Shown here in pieces: positions 20,150 to 29,803 of a DNA stretch of 64,000 nt. The stretch lies in contig URIR01000004.1 of assembly GCA_900547955.1 (NCBI GenBank), positions 12,680 to 76,679 of the forward strand, in the 5' to 3' direction. The stretch's first letter is position 1. The number at the start of each line of letters is the position of its first letter. A program made the translations under genes and the position numbers. This DNA comes from an uncultured Eubacteriales bacterium. GTDB taxonomy: Bacteria; Bacillota; Clostridia; Christensenellales; QALW01. Below the pieces are notes generated by a model that had not been told where the DNA came from, did no database searches, and was given only the letters and a program-made list of their open reading frames with translations.

Positions 20150-20739
20150 ATTTCACCCCCTCTAGATATTATTTTATTGAGAGGGACTAGTTAGCATTCT
20201 TAATAAATAAAAAAGTGCTGAAATAGGGTGCAAAGCAAAGTCGAGCACAACTAAAATAAGTAATGAAACTTTACTTCAAAAATCAATAAAGAATAACTGT
20301 GTTAAGCGCAGATTATTGATAGCACGGTATTAAAACCCCAAAGAATAAGTGACTGTTGGAATTAAGATAAAATATATTTTCCCCGCATGACAATAGCGCC
20401 ATACGAAAACCGTTACTCATATTTTCTATCAAAAGAGCGCCAATACGGCCATTTTGAATTTTCGGGAGTATCGTAAAATATTCGCGCAGCATGCAAACAT
20501 TAAAATCCAACTATATATAATATTAAAATAATAGAAACATAATTCGATTATTAATATTTCAAATAGAAAAATACTCGTTTTGCGCGCTGTTTCATCAATT
20601 TTAAAATTATTTATTTATTCAATTGCGCTAAATTGATAAAAAATTTTAAATATAATACTACTGCAGGACCTGAAACGTCAAAAAACAACATTTTCATTTC
20701 CTGAATGACAAAATATACCTACCGTTTGAGAACTGCAGC

Positions 20740-21468
20740 TTATTCTTCGAAGGTATTGCTTATATAATCACAAATAAAGCCGATAAATTCACTATTTGTA
20801 GGCTTTCCCTTATCCGAACGAATGCTGAATCCAAATAAAGAATTTATATACTCCAAATCCCCGCATATCCATGCTGTTTCTATGCTGTTTCGTATATTGC
20901 GTTCAATACAATTTGGACGGTTTCCGTATTTATCTGCAAGCTGCTGGTATATTTTACCCATATTATTATAGTATGGATATGCGTTGCCGTTTCTAACCAA
21001 CAACAGTATAAGATCTAATAGATAATTAAAGCCAAGTAGATTAGGCCTCATACCAATTTTCTTTAAAGTATCTCCTATGTATTTAGCCAGCTTATTCTCC
21101 CGCTCCTTTGAAATTCCCTCTATATTTATTCCACCGCCGGCATATGAAGAAATAAAATCAAAAAGCTGACTGCGCTCCTCATCTTTTTTAAAAACTCTTA
21201 CCGCCCCTAGAGCCACAGCAATCCTTGCCAAAAAATCATTTGTCAATTCAGAATATATAATGAATTTTGTATTCTCCTGGCCCTCCAATTCTTTTAATAG
21301 ACCAATTCCGTCTAAATCCTTTAGAATATAATCGGTAATCACTATATCCGGCATAATGTCCTGAACAGCCTGAACCAGTTCTCTGCCCGATTGATACACT
21401 CCTTTTATGACTAATTGTCCGTCGAAAGCAATTTCATGTTCACTTGTAGTACCTAGTAGTATTTTCAT
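20740..21468 (-). CDS. spo0A: Sporulation master regulator Spo0A (atypical receiver domain)
   Basis: The C-terminal Spo0A_C signature is present (ERNIRNSIETAW, INSLFGFSIRSDKGKPTNSEFIGF). It lies directly downstream of spoIVB and has a strong AGGAGG RBS. The N-terminus lacks the DD pair. Confidence 0.8.
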   Translation of the reverse strand: MKILLGTTSEHEIAFDGQLVIKGVYQSGRELVQAVQDIMPDIVITDYILKDLDGIGLLKELEGQENTKFIIYSELTNDFLARIAVALGAVRVFKKDEERSQLFDFISSYAGGGINIEGISKERENKLAKYIGDTLKKIGMRPNLLGFNYLLDLILLLVRNGNAYPYYNNMGKIYQQLADKYGNRPNCIERNIRNSIETAWICGDLEYINSLFGFSIRSDKGKPTNSEFIGFICDYISNTFEE

Positions 21469-21513
21469 ATGATTTCCTCCTTTATTAATTATATTCCTCT
21501 ACCTAGTAAAGAT

Positions 21514-21542
21514 ATTATATTAAAGATTAACATATTTTGCAA
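21514..21542 (-). promoter_or_regulatory. Sigma-A type promoter upstream of spo0A
   Basis: TTGCAA (21542-21537), 17 nt, TATAAT (21519-21514) on the minus strand. Confidence 0.5.
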
Positions 21543-21719
21543 GGGAAATTTATACAAAATAGAATATAGTTAATTATTTTGTTTAGTTTAGTTATTGATG
21601 ACTATTTCATATACAATTAATCAAAAAAAACATCATATTATACATAATATCGACATATATCGCTATTACCCACAGTTTACAAGGAACCACACGCCTCAAA
21701 ACAAGATAATTTCTTCATT

Positions 21720-21931
21720 TTCTGCGTTATCCTCAATCAACGTACTCCCCATTTCAAGGATAACAACGCAGAAAAGCCAATACTTTTCCTCTCTGCGGTC
21801 GGAGATTTTTGCTTAAGAACCCGTTGATGGCCGCACGGCGCGCGATTGAAGCCATACCAGGCATATTTTAGGACCGCGCAACAAAGCGGACCCGGCTGGT
21901 CATTGAGCAAAAACGCTTTGTACTTTGATGG
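21720..21931 (+). repeat. Intergenic repeat family, copy A
   Basis: Shares the exact 13-mer cgttatcctcaat with copy B, gct[t/g]a[a/g]gaacc with B and D, and a roughly 70-nt block with inverted copy G. It starts with a 12-bp bulged hairpin at 21721-21773. Confidence 0.6.
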
Positions 21932-22016
21932 TATTGTCTACACAATACCATGATTAATTATAAAAACGAAGGAAGATATCTGCTTTGCAATTATCTCCCT
22001 TCAGATTTCTTTTTTA

Positions 22017-23333
22017 TTAATCATGCATCCAATCTATATATAAGGCATAGCCTTTTTGCGGGTCGCTTATTAATACATGTGTAACGGCGCCTATCAATTT
22101 ACCGTTCTGCAATATGGGGCTTCCGCTCATGCCCTGAACTATACCTCCAGTTTTTTCAAGCAGGCGTTGGTCCGTAACCTCAATTATCATGCTTTTAGCA
22201 GCTTTTACATCCTGGTCGTTAGCCTTTATTATATTTATCTCGTATTCCTGTATTCCCTGTCCGTCTATAGTGGTTAAAATAGTAGCTTTGCCTTCCTTTA
22301 CGCTATTCCGCGAAGCCATTTCTACACCATTAGGATAGAGCTTATTAATAATATCTGAATAAGTATCCCCATAAAGGCCAAATTCCGTGTTGGCCAAAAT
22401 GCTGCCATATGCAGGGGAATTCAATCGGAAGCTGCCCTTAAGCTCGCCCGGGATACCCTTTCTTCCCTTGACTATATCATTAATGGTGCATTCCACAATT
22501 TCACCCGTTCCAACCGGCAGAATTGTACCTGTATCCGGGTCGGTTATGGCATGACCCAAAGCCGCGTACTTCTTATTTTGATTATCCGCGTAGGTAATTG
22601 TACCAATTCCAGCGGTACTGTCTCTAAGCCACAAACCCAGCCTGTACTTTTTCTCATATACGTCGTAAGCGGGAGTGATATTTATATCTACGTTCTTATT
22701 ATTTCTTAAAACCGTCAAAGTTATCGGCCGATTCTTGCTTTCTTCCACCAGCTGCCCAAGCTGACGTGCATTTTGTAATTGATGCCCGTTCGCTTTTACT
22801 ATAATATCGCCGTCAAAAAGTCCGGCCTGTAATGCGGGATTCACCTTTTTTCCACCTTCGCAGGATATATCAGAATTGCCGGCGACTATTACACCGTTTG
22901 TATATAAGGAAACCCCTATGCACATTCCTCCCGGCGTAACGGTTTTTTGAGGAAGAATATATACCTCTATATTTTTGATTTCCATTCCCAGAAAAGAAAC
23001 GGGAATATTACCTCTGATTATCTCGTTTTCTCCTTCACCCAAATGTCTGAATAACTGAGAATTATTTGCAATATCTGCGTTTGCGCTTAAAACAAGGCTG
23101 TTTTTATCCTCGCACAGACTAAATGGAAAGGAGCATTCCAGCCCCACCTGCTCGTTTTCATAAATCACCACCCTGTCCGGAAGCTCAAACAGCTCAACAA
23201 GGGGTGCGCTTCTTAATATAGTAAGAAGCAGCCCGGCGCTAGCCAGAGCTAATATTTTATTTTTAAATTTCAATCTTTTCAACTCCAAATCATTTAAAAT
23301 TCCGTTTCTATATCTTTTGTAAATGCAATGCAA
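22017..23333 (-). CDS. spoIVB: SpoIVB signalling serine peptidase (S55)
   Basis: PDZ region plus S55 catalytic region (YAALGHAITD, GMSGSPILQNGKLIGAVTHV). Canonical position between recN and spo0A. Confidence 0.88.
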   Translation of the reverse strand: MHCIYKRYRNGILNDLELKRLKFKNKILALASAGLLLTILRSAPLVELFELPDRVVIYENEQVGLECSFPFSLCEDKNSLVLSANADIANNSQLFRHLGEGENEIIRGNIPVSFLGMEIKNIEVYILPQKTVTPGGMCIGVSLYTNGVIVAGNSDISCEGGKKVNPALQAGLFDGDIIVKANGHQLQNARQLGQLVEESKNRPITLTVLRNNKNVDINITPAYDVYEKKYRLGLWLRDSTAGIGTITYADNQNKKYAALGHAITDPDTGTILPVGTGEIVECTINDIVKGRKGIPGELKGSFRLNSPAYGSILANTEFGLYGDTYSDIINKLYPNGVEMASRNSVKEGKATILTTIDGQGIQEYEINIIKANDQDVKAAKSMIIEVTDQRLLEKTGGIVQGMSGSPILQNGKLIGAVTHVLISDPQKGYALYIDWMHD

Positions 23334-23344
23334 ATATGCTTGTT

Positions 23345-23378
23345 AAAAAAATAAAGCTTCGACAAAAAATGCCGAAGC
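23345..23378 (-). terminator. Rho-independent terminator after recN
   Basis: Stem GCTTCG / CGAAGC (23356-23378) is followed on the minus strand by TTTATTTTTTT. Confidence 0.65.
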
Positions 23379-23417
23379 CTGTTAAAAACAGATATTTCTT
23401 ATCCAGAGCCTGTTAAT

Positions 23418-25100
23418 TTATGTAATTTTTAATTTTTGCTTAAATTTTTCGCACTCCTCCAGCATTTCCTTTCCATGCCCGCGTGCAAGAGCGGTTTCTC
23501 CGCCGCCTGTCAGCCTTGCTATTTCGCCTATTCTGCCCTCTTCGTTAAGCAAAGAAAGGCGTGTGACGGTGCTGTCCGATGTGGATATTTTCTCAATAAA
23601 ATAGTGGCTGTCAGCCATTGCCGCAATAACGGCCAGATGAGTAACGCATAACACCTGATGTGAAAGAGCTATACCCGCCATTTTCTCAGCCGTCACTTTG
23701 GCCATTCGTCCGCTTATACCCGTATCTATTTCATCAAAAACCATAGTGGGAATCATGTCCCTATCAGCAAAAATACTTTTAATCGCAAGCATAAGCCGGC
23801 TTAATTCACCGCCTGAAATTATCTTGGTAAGCGGCTTAAGAGGCTGTCCCGGATTAGCTGAAAACATAAATTCAGCCGTGTCTGCGCCGTCAAAAGAAGG
23901 CTGCTTAGCCTTCATATCTATCTGAAACAGGGCTTTATCCATGCCCAGCTCAGCCAATTCTCCCTTAATTTTTTCAGCAAGCATAACAGCGGTTTCTCTG
24001 CGTACAGCGGTAAGTTTAGCGCACGCCTCATTCAATTCAACCTGTCTCTGTTCTAATTCCTTCTTTAAATTCTCTATAGTCTGACCCGCATTTAGCAGCT
24101 CATCCAGCTCGATTTCCGCCTTGTGCATATAATTTATGGCTTTTTCCTCAGAATCACCGTATTTGCGCAGAATATCCGAGATAAGCTCCATCCTGCTTTC
24201 AACCTGCTTTAATCTGCGCGGGTCATTTTCCGAAGCGTCAAGCTGTTCAGATAATTCGCTGTCTATATCTTCCAATTCATAGTAGGCGGATTCCATCCTT
24301 CGCGTTAAATCGGCAAAATCCTCCGTATAGCGTTCAAGAGAGTTCAGCGAGCTTATTCCCGAGCGAATAGAATCCAGCGCGGCGCCCTCTTCCCTCAATG
24401 CCTGACATGCTTCAGCCAATCCCTGAGCTATCTGCTCTATATTAAGCAGCCTGGCGCGCTCGGCGCTCAACTCATCAAATTCTCCGGGCTCCAGCTCGGC
24501 CATCTGAATCTCATCTATTTGATATTTTAATAAATCGATATTCCTGGCCCGTTCCTCATCCGTACCCCAATCGGCATGCAGTCTGCTCTGTACGCCTTTA
24601 TAGGCTTCATACGTCTGTGCAACCAGGCTTTTAGCGTTTAACGCTTTTTCTCCCGCATAAGCGTCTAAAAAGCTCAAATGATTTTCACTCTTTAAAAGCG
24701 CCTGATGCTCATGCTGCCCATGAATATCAACCAGCCAGGCAGAAACATCGCGCAGCATAGAAAGGGTGACAATACGACCGTTAATACGGCAGGTGCTTCT
24801 GCCGTCGCTTGAAAGCTCCCGAGACAGGATAAGGCATTCATCCTCACAATCAAAGCCCAGATTTATCAGCTCGGCTTCACGCCCGAGCGGTATATCAAAG
24901 CTGCCCTCAACATACCCTTTATTCTGCCCTATGCGAACTAATTCCTTATCCCCTCTGGCGCCGAAAAGCAAATTGAGCGAATCTACCAATATAGATTTAC
25001 CTGCTCCAGTTTCACCAGTAATTACATTCAGTCCATCGCCAAATTCCACGCTTATATTATCCATAAGCGCTATATTCTTAATATTAAGGCTACGCAGCAT
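23418..25100 (-). CDS. recN: DNA repair protein RecN
   Basis: SMC-like protein with Walker A GETGAGKS, a long coiled coil and the C-terminal signature LSGGELSR. Confidence 0.96.
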   Translation of the reverse strand: MLRSLNIKNIALMDNISVEFGDGLNVITGETGAGKSILVDSLNLLFGARGDKELVRIGQNKGYVEGSFDIPLGREAELINLGFDCEDECLILSRELSSDGRSTCRINGRIVTLSMLRDVSAWLVDIHGQHEHQALLKSENHLSFLDAYAGEKALNAKSLVAQTYEAYKGVQSRLHADWGTDEERARNIDLLKYQIDEIQMAELEPGEFDELSAERARLLNIEQIAQGLAEACQALREEGAALDSIRSGISSLNSLERYTEDFADLTRRMESAYYELEDIDSELSEQLDASENDPRRLKQVESRMELISDILRKYGDSEEKAINYMHKAEIELDELLNAGQTIENLKKELEQRQVELNEACAKLTAVRRETAVMLAEKIKGELAELGMDKALFQIDMKAKQPSFDGADTAEFMFSANPGQPLKPLTKIISGGELSRLMLAIKSIFADRDMIPTMVFDEIDTGISGRMAKVTAEKMAGIALSHQVLCVTHLAVIAAMADSHYFIEKISTSDSTVTRLSLLNEEGRIGEIARLTGGGETALARGHGKEMLEECEKFKQKLKIT

Positions 25101-25110
25101 ACAATCCTTC

Positions 25111-25569
25111 CTAATTCATAAGCTTTTTAAACTGATTCATTACGCCTTTAACCGACTGATTATCAGCCGCAACTACAAGCAGAGTATCATCTCCGGCAAC
25201 ACAGCCCAGCACTCTATCGTTATTCATGGAATCTACCACTACAGCCACAGTATTAGCGCTTCCCTGTATAGTCTTTATAACTATTAAATTATTGGCCGAC
25301 TGTATGGAAAGCACGGCTCCGGCAAATAATTTATGAAACCGTTCCTCCTGTTCGCTTTTATTCTTATGCTCGGTAGAATATTTATAACCGCCCTTTTTAG
25401 AAGGTACTTTTATAAGCTTAAGCTCTTTAATATCCCGGGAAACCGTGGCTTGAGTAACCTCAAAGCCGCTGCGGCGAAGCTCTCCGGCCAGCTCGTCCTG
25501 CGTTTCCAATTCCTTAGCTTCTATAAGCTCGAGTATTTTTGCATGTCTCTTGGATTTCATATGTTCCAC
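25111..25569 (-). CDS. argR: Arginine repressor ArgR/AhrC
   Basis: Winged-helix N-terminus (QATVSRDIKEL) and a C-terminal oligomerisation domain (GDDT). Confidence 0.92.
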   Translation of the reverse strand: MEHMKSKRHAKILELIEAKELETQDELAGELRRSGFEVTQATVSRDIKELKLIKVPSKKGGYKYSTEHKNKSEQEERFHKLFAGAVLSIQSANNLIVIKTIQGSANTVAVVVDSMNNDRVLGCVAGDDTLLVVAADNQSVKGVMNQFKKLMN

Positions 25570-25575
25570 TCTTTC

Positions 25576-26430
25576 TTATTTTTTATCCTCGCCCGAAATA
25601 CTCCATTCGTTCAGCTTTGAATGAAGCAGCTTATAGAAATTCCTGTTTTTCACAGTTAGGAATTTTGCGTTAAACGGCGCTCTGGTAACGGTTATCTCCG
25701 CATGATTCTCGTTAAGCTTCTGCTCCATTCCGTCGTATATTATAGACACGTCAGCTTCAGCCGCAACTCTAATCTTAATTATTTCGTGGTCGGGAAAAAC
25801 TATAGGCCTAGCTCTTAAAGTATGCGCGCATACGGGAGTCATCAGCATAGCAGAAAGAGACGGCGAAAGCACCGGTCCGCCTGCTGAAAGAGAATACGCC
25901 GTCGAACCGGTAGGACTTGCTATTATAAGTCCATCGGCATAAAAGCTGTCCGCCATAATATCTCCGGCGAATACATCCAAACGAATTATTCTCTCATATA
26001 CCGCTCTATGTACAGAAATTTCATTAAGCGCATAAAACTTTTTTCCATGCACCTGGCATTCCAGCATCATCCGCTCGTCGATTTTATATTGGCCGGCAGC
26101 TATAATATCCAGAGCGTTATTAAGCTCAGATATCTCAATTTCCGAAAGGAAGCCAAGCCTTCCCATATTTATTCCCATAACCGGCTTACCCTTTATAGAA
26201 GCCTCGGCGATTACCCCCAGCATTGTACCGTCTCCGCCCAATACAAATACGGCGCTGCTTCGGCTGAAAAAAGTAGAACGGCTAATTACCGGGCGGCCTA
26301 ATTTTTCTGCTACATCGCCAAAAAGCACCGGTTCTATGCCCTTCTCCTCCAAAAGCTTTATTAATAATTTAGTAACTTCCAGCGTTATATCTTTATTAAG
26401 ATTAACAATTATACCTATACATTTGAGCAT
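25576..26430 (-). CDS. nadK: NAD kinase
   Basis: GGDGT motif (VLGGDGTMLG) and the NAD-kinase C-terminal fold. Confidence 0.92.
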   Translation of the reverse strand: MLKCIGIIVNLNKDITLEVTKLLIKLLEEKGIEPVLFGDVAEKLGRPVISRSTFFSRSSAVFVLGGDGTMLGVIAEASIKGKPVMGINMGRLGFLSEIEISELNNALDIIAAGQYKIDERMMLECQVHGKKFYALNEISVHRAVYERIIRLDVFAGDIMADSFYADGLIIASPTGSTAYSLSAGGPVLSPSLSAMLMTPVCAHTLRARPIVFPDHEIIKIRVAAEADVSIIYDGMEQKLNENHAEITVTRAPFNAKFLTVKNRNFYKLLHSKLNEWSISGEDKK

Positions 26431-26534
26431 GAGCGCACCTCCGTATATATTATATACGAAACTGCATAAATATACAAGGAAATAATTTTTAAATAATTGA
26501 AATTAAAATAACGTGCCCTTTTGGCGGCTTATTT

Positions 26535-27137
26535 TCAACCTGCCTTTTGGAAAAGACTATCGGTAAATTTAACGGCATAGCCGTTTATTGAAAGGTTTAA
26601 AGTATATTCCGCCTTGCCGTCATGATATCTAGTCAAGCCTGTTCCCGCATAGCCCGATACCTCGCCGCACGCTATTTCATATATAATTCCTTCAGGCGAT
26701 TTATCGCACAGGCTATAAAAAAGCTCCCAATTTTTACCGCTATTGACGCTGTTTATGATAATACGGCCGGCGTCAGCCTTCAATAAAAGCGTATCAATTT
26801 TTGCATCAGAATACAGCGGCGCGTTTTCTGAAGAGCATACCGCTATTTCCCCCGAATTATCCTGTACAAGAGAAAATTCCCATACATGATTTTCTATTGC
26901 AAATTCATTTTCGGCCGAACCAAATATTGAACTGCCGAACAAGCAAACCAACAGCGTCAAACATGCGGCAGCAATGAGAATTATAATTAATATTGCCGGC
27001 TTTTTATAGTGAGCTGTCATTTTTATATGCCCACAAGATGCTAAGGCTTCGGTCTTAGAATTATAAATGCTGCCCGCAGTCTGCTTCAAACTGCTCTTTA
27101 TTTTGTAATTATCAATTTGCTCCTTACCCTGCTTCAT
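26535..27137 (-). CDS. Hypothetical membrane-anchored protein (start uncertain)
   Basis: The ORF has a single TM (PAILIIILIAAACLTLLVCLF) and a soluble C-terminal domain. No clear RBS accompanies any candidate start. Confidence 0.4.
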   Translation of the reverse strand: MKQGKEQIDNYKIKSSLKQTAGSIYNSKTEALASCGHIKMTAHYKKPAILIIILIAAACLTLLVCLFGSSIFGSAENEFAIENHVWEFSLVQDNSGEIAVCSSENAPLYSDAKIDTLLLKADAGRIIINSVNSGKNWELFYSLCDKSPEGIIYEIACGEVSGYAGTGLTRYHDGKAEYTLNLSINGYAVKFTDSLFQKAG

Positions 27138-27153
27138 AGAAATAATAGTAAAA

Positions 27154-27966
27154 TCAGATTTCAACCGTCCGCTTTGTTTTGCTGTCAAACATGACCGTAT
27201 GCTCAAAGCTGGTGATATTTTCCGCTCCCAATTCTTTCAACCACCCCGCAACCTCCTGCGTTTTAAATGGTCCGGCGCCAGGAGGTCCTCCTATATACGG
27301 CACGTTCTGCCAAAGCCAGTCAGGCGTAGGCCAAAAAGCCCATTTAGGGCTTATAGCCTGATATACGTTTTTTTCAACCCCGCTTTGGCCATGATGCGCC
27401 ATTTGTACAGCGTCAGCACGCAAATCATAGCCCTTCATTAAAAGGCGGCGGCCTCCCTCTACGGCTAAATCACCAAGAATCAATAATGAAAAATCCTCTT
27501 CACTCACTCTGAAAACGCAGGACTGATTATTAAATGGCTCTGTCAGCAAATCGGGATTAGCCGCGCTTAAAACCTCAACACGCATAGAGCCAAGCTGAAA
27601 CACCTGTCCCTCCCGAATTTGAAATACATTATCCAGCGTGCGCTCAAATTGATTCCAGGTTAATAAATCCTCCTCATCCCTTTTGCCCTTCGCCCAAGTA
27701 TCAGGAATCATGGAAGTGCCAATCCTGTCCGTGACAATTCCCTGAGGGTCGGATAAAACCTCTATTACGGCGTTATGATGATCGCAATGAGGATGGGTTA
27801 TAAGCCAAAGGCTTACATGCCCTCCAGCGCTTTTAATAAGCCGCCGCAGTTCATCCCCGTTGCCGCTGTAGCCTCCGTCAACAACCAATAATTCTCCGCT
27901 CTCAGCGATAATCTCATAGCCCATGCTTTGTTTGTCATTCATATTGGTTTGCTGAATTATCTTCAT
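27154..27966 (-). CDS. MBL-fold metallo-hydrolase
   Basis: HxHxDH motif (THPHCDHH). Confidence 0.8.
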   Translation of the reverse strand: MKIIQQTNMNDKQSMGYEIIAESGELLVVDGGYSGNGDELRRLIKSAGGHVSLWLITHPHCDHHNAVIEVLSDPQGIVTDRIGTSMIPDTWAKGKRDEEDLLTWNQFERTLDNVFQIREGQVFQLGSMRVEVLSAANPDLLTEPFNNQSCVFRVSEEDFSLLILGDLAVEGGRRLLMKGYDLRADAVQMAHHGQSGVEKNVYQAISPKWAFWPTPDWLWQNVPYIGGPPGAGPFKTQEVAGWLKELGAENITSFEHTVMFDSKTKRTVEI

Positions 27967-27990
27967 TTTTATATACCTCTTAAAAAGCCG

Positions 27991-28404
27991 TCAAACATTC
28001 TTATCGGCTTCAAGAATGGCAAGCTGCGCTTCAAGAAGATATTTAATCCTGTTCCTTATATTATCTTCCTCAGCTCTAAGAGTATCTACATGCTCTAACT
28101 GCTCCTTAGCACGCTGCTCGGCCGCTCTCATAAGCTCTGAAGCGCGCTGCTGAGCGCTCTTTAAAATACTGCTTCTGAGCTCTCCTGCCTGAGCCAGAGC
28201 AAAATCTATAGCCTGCTCCTTAGCTTTCAGCTCCGAGAGCTGTTTGGATAAAGCGTGCAGCCGACCGTCCAGCCTCTCATTCTCACTCTGAAGCATTTCG
28301 ATTCTTCCGCACAGCCTATCCATTTCCGCATCCACCTCAGAGGCCGCATATCCATTTTTTACTTTGGAAAATTCGGCGTTCTGACGTCTGCTTTTATCCT
28401 CCAC
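27991..28404 (-). CDS. DivIVA-domain protein
   Basis: N-terminal F-x-x-x-x-x-GY-x-x-x-EVD motif (FSKVKNGYAASEVD) followed by a coiled coil, downstream of sepF. Confidence 0.75.
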   Translation of the reverse strand: MEDKSRRQNAEFSKVKNGYAASEVDAEMDRLCGRIEMLQSENERLDGRLHALSKQLSELKAKEQAIDFALAQAGELRSSILKSAQQRASELMRAAEQRAKEQLEHVDTLRAEEDNIRNRIKYLLEAQLAILEADKNV

Positions 28405-28421
28405 GGCTTATCCCCTCAATT

Positions 28422-29042
28422 TCATTGCCTGTATCTATCGCTCTCATCCAGCACTAAAAAGCCATCCGCGCTCGGCTCCTGTTCCTTATCTCTCTCAGGC
28501 TTTTCTATCTTGGTATCAGTAGAAGTGAATAAATAAATCCCCTTGGAGATTTTGGTAACCTGAGCCTCCAGCGCAAAAGCCGCTCCGCTCATAAAATCTA
28601 ATATGCGCTGCGCTATTTCCTTTTCAATGGAATCCAATTTTATTATTATCTGCTTGTTCTGCTTAAGCTGAAGAACAAGTTCCTGCGATTCAGTATATGT
28701 AGCGGGCGAATGAATCAGCATAGTATGCGAGTTAGCGCCGCCTTGAATAGAGGAAAGCCTAGACCTCTTCCGGCGCGCTTCATATATATCGTCCGTTTGA
28801 CTATAATCGTGGCTATTCATGCTTACTTCCTCCCTTTTGCTTTCTCTTCTGGCATAACGGGAACTGCTTGTCTGGCTGCCGCCCGATGAAGAACGGGGGT
28901 ACCTGTTTGTAGTAACGGTGATGCCGTCCTGTTCATCCATATCCTCTTCGTCCTCGTCCTCCTCGAAGGTATTATCGAAATCCTCCTCATCCTCCTTGGA
29001 TACCCCGATAATTTCCAGCATCTTATTTATACCCTTGCCCAT
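28422..29042 (-). CDS. sepF: Cell division protein SepF
   Basis: Acidic or disordered N-terminal half and a conserved SepF C-terminal domain (IIIKLDSIEKEIAQRILDFMSGAAFAL). Confidence 0.85.
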   Translation of the reverse strand: MGKGINKMLEIIGVSKEDEEDFDNTFEEDEDEEDMDEQDGITVTTNRYPRSSSGGSQTSSSRYARRESKREEVSMNSHDYSQTDDIYEARRKRSRLSSIQGGANSHTMLIHSPATYTESQELVLQLKQNKQIIIKLDSIEKEIAQRILDFMSGAAFALEAQVTKISKGIYLFTSTDTKIEKPERDKEQEPSADGFLVLDESDRYRQ

Positions 29043-29070
29043 TTCTCATACGCTCCTATATATTTATTAA

Positions 29071-29757
29071 TTATTTTCTTTCTCCGAATAAAGCGCGGCC
29101 CGGACGTATCATATTGCTGCCTTCCAATATGGCCTCAAAAAAATCCTCGCTCATACCCATGGAAAGCACGGCTTTCTTTAGTCCCATATGCCCGCAGAAT
29201 ACCTCATACAGCTTATACATTTCCTCAAAGCATTTACGCCTTAAGGATGTTTCGGCCGCAATAGGCGCTACTGTCATAAGCCCGCTGGGCTTAACCGCCG
29301 GCAGATTCATAAGTCTGTCGCAAAATTCTTTCAAAACCTCGTCTTTCGGCTCAAGACCGCCCTTGGAAGCCTCCCGGCCTATATTTATTTCTATAAGCAC
29401 AGGCATAACTATTTGACATTTCCGCGCCTGACGGTTTATCTCCTCGGCCAAAGACAGCCTGTCCACCGATTGAATCAGACTGACTTTATCAACTATATAT
29501 TTTACCTTATTACTTTGTAATTGTCCAATGAAAAATGCTTGTCCCGCACTTGTTATATTTGGATATTTTTCAATCAGCTCCTGCACCCTGTTTTCTCCAT
29601 AGGCCGGTATGCCCAGAGACAAAGCCTGATTTATTTCCTGAGCGCTCCTAGTTTTGCTAGCGGCTACTATAGTTATTTCATCCGTTTCACGCCCAGCCTG
29701 CTCACAAGCACTTTTTACACGTTCCCTAAGCGTTTCTATATTCTGCTTCAAATCCAT
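29071..29757 (-). CDS. yggS: YggS/YlmE family pyridoxal-phosphate homeostasis protein
   Basis: Alanine-racemase N-terminal-like fold (VAASKT, GENRVQE, SMGMSEDF). Start trimmed to MDLKQNIETL. Confidence 0.88.
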   Translation of the reverse strand: MDLKQNIETLRERVKSACEQAGRETDEITIVAASKTRSAQEINQALSLGIPAYGENRVQELIEKYPNITSAGQAFFIGQLQSNKVKYIVDKVSLIQSVDRLSLAEEINRQARKCQIVMPVLIEINIGREASKGGLEPKDEVLKEFCDRLMNLPAVKPSGLMTVAPIAAETSLRRKCFEEMYKLYEVFCGHMGLKKAVLSMGMSEDFFEAILEGSNMIRPGRALFGERK

Positions 29758-29803
29758 AATAATTTCACTTCTGTTCACCACTTAATCAGCATTAAAAAAC
29801 TCA

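Noticed and set aside
20313-20510. 65-aa minus-strand ORF in the spo0A-spoIIM spacer
   Set aside because: It has no RBS and no recognisable features, and it sits in very AT-rich DNA. I kept it as non-coding but flagged the spacer as a whole.
23358-23364. Perfect Spo0A box (TGTCGAA on the minus strand) upstream of spoIVB, and a 6/7 match (TGTCGAT) at 21649-21655 upstream of spo0A
   Set aside because: The first lies inside the recN terminator stem. A 7-mer is expected by chance several times in 64 kb, and spoIVB is normally forespore-sigma dependent. The second is plausible autoregulation but is a single imperfect 7-mer. Neither is strong enough to call.
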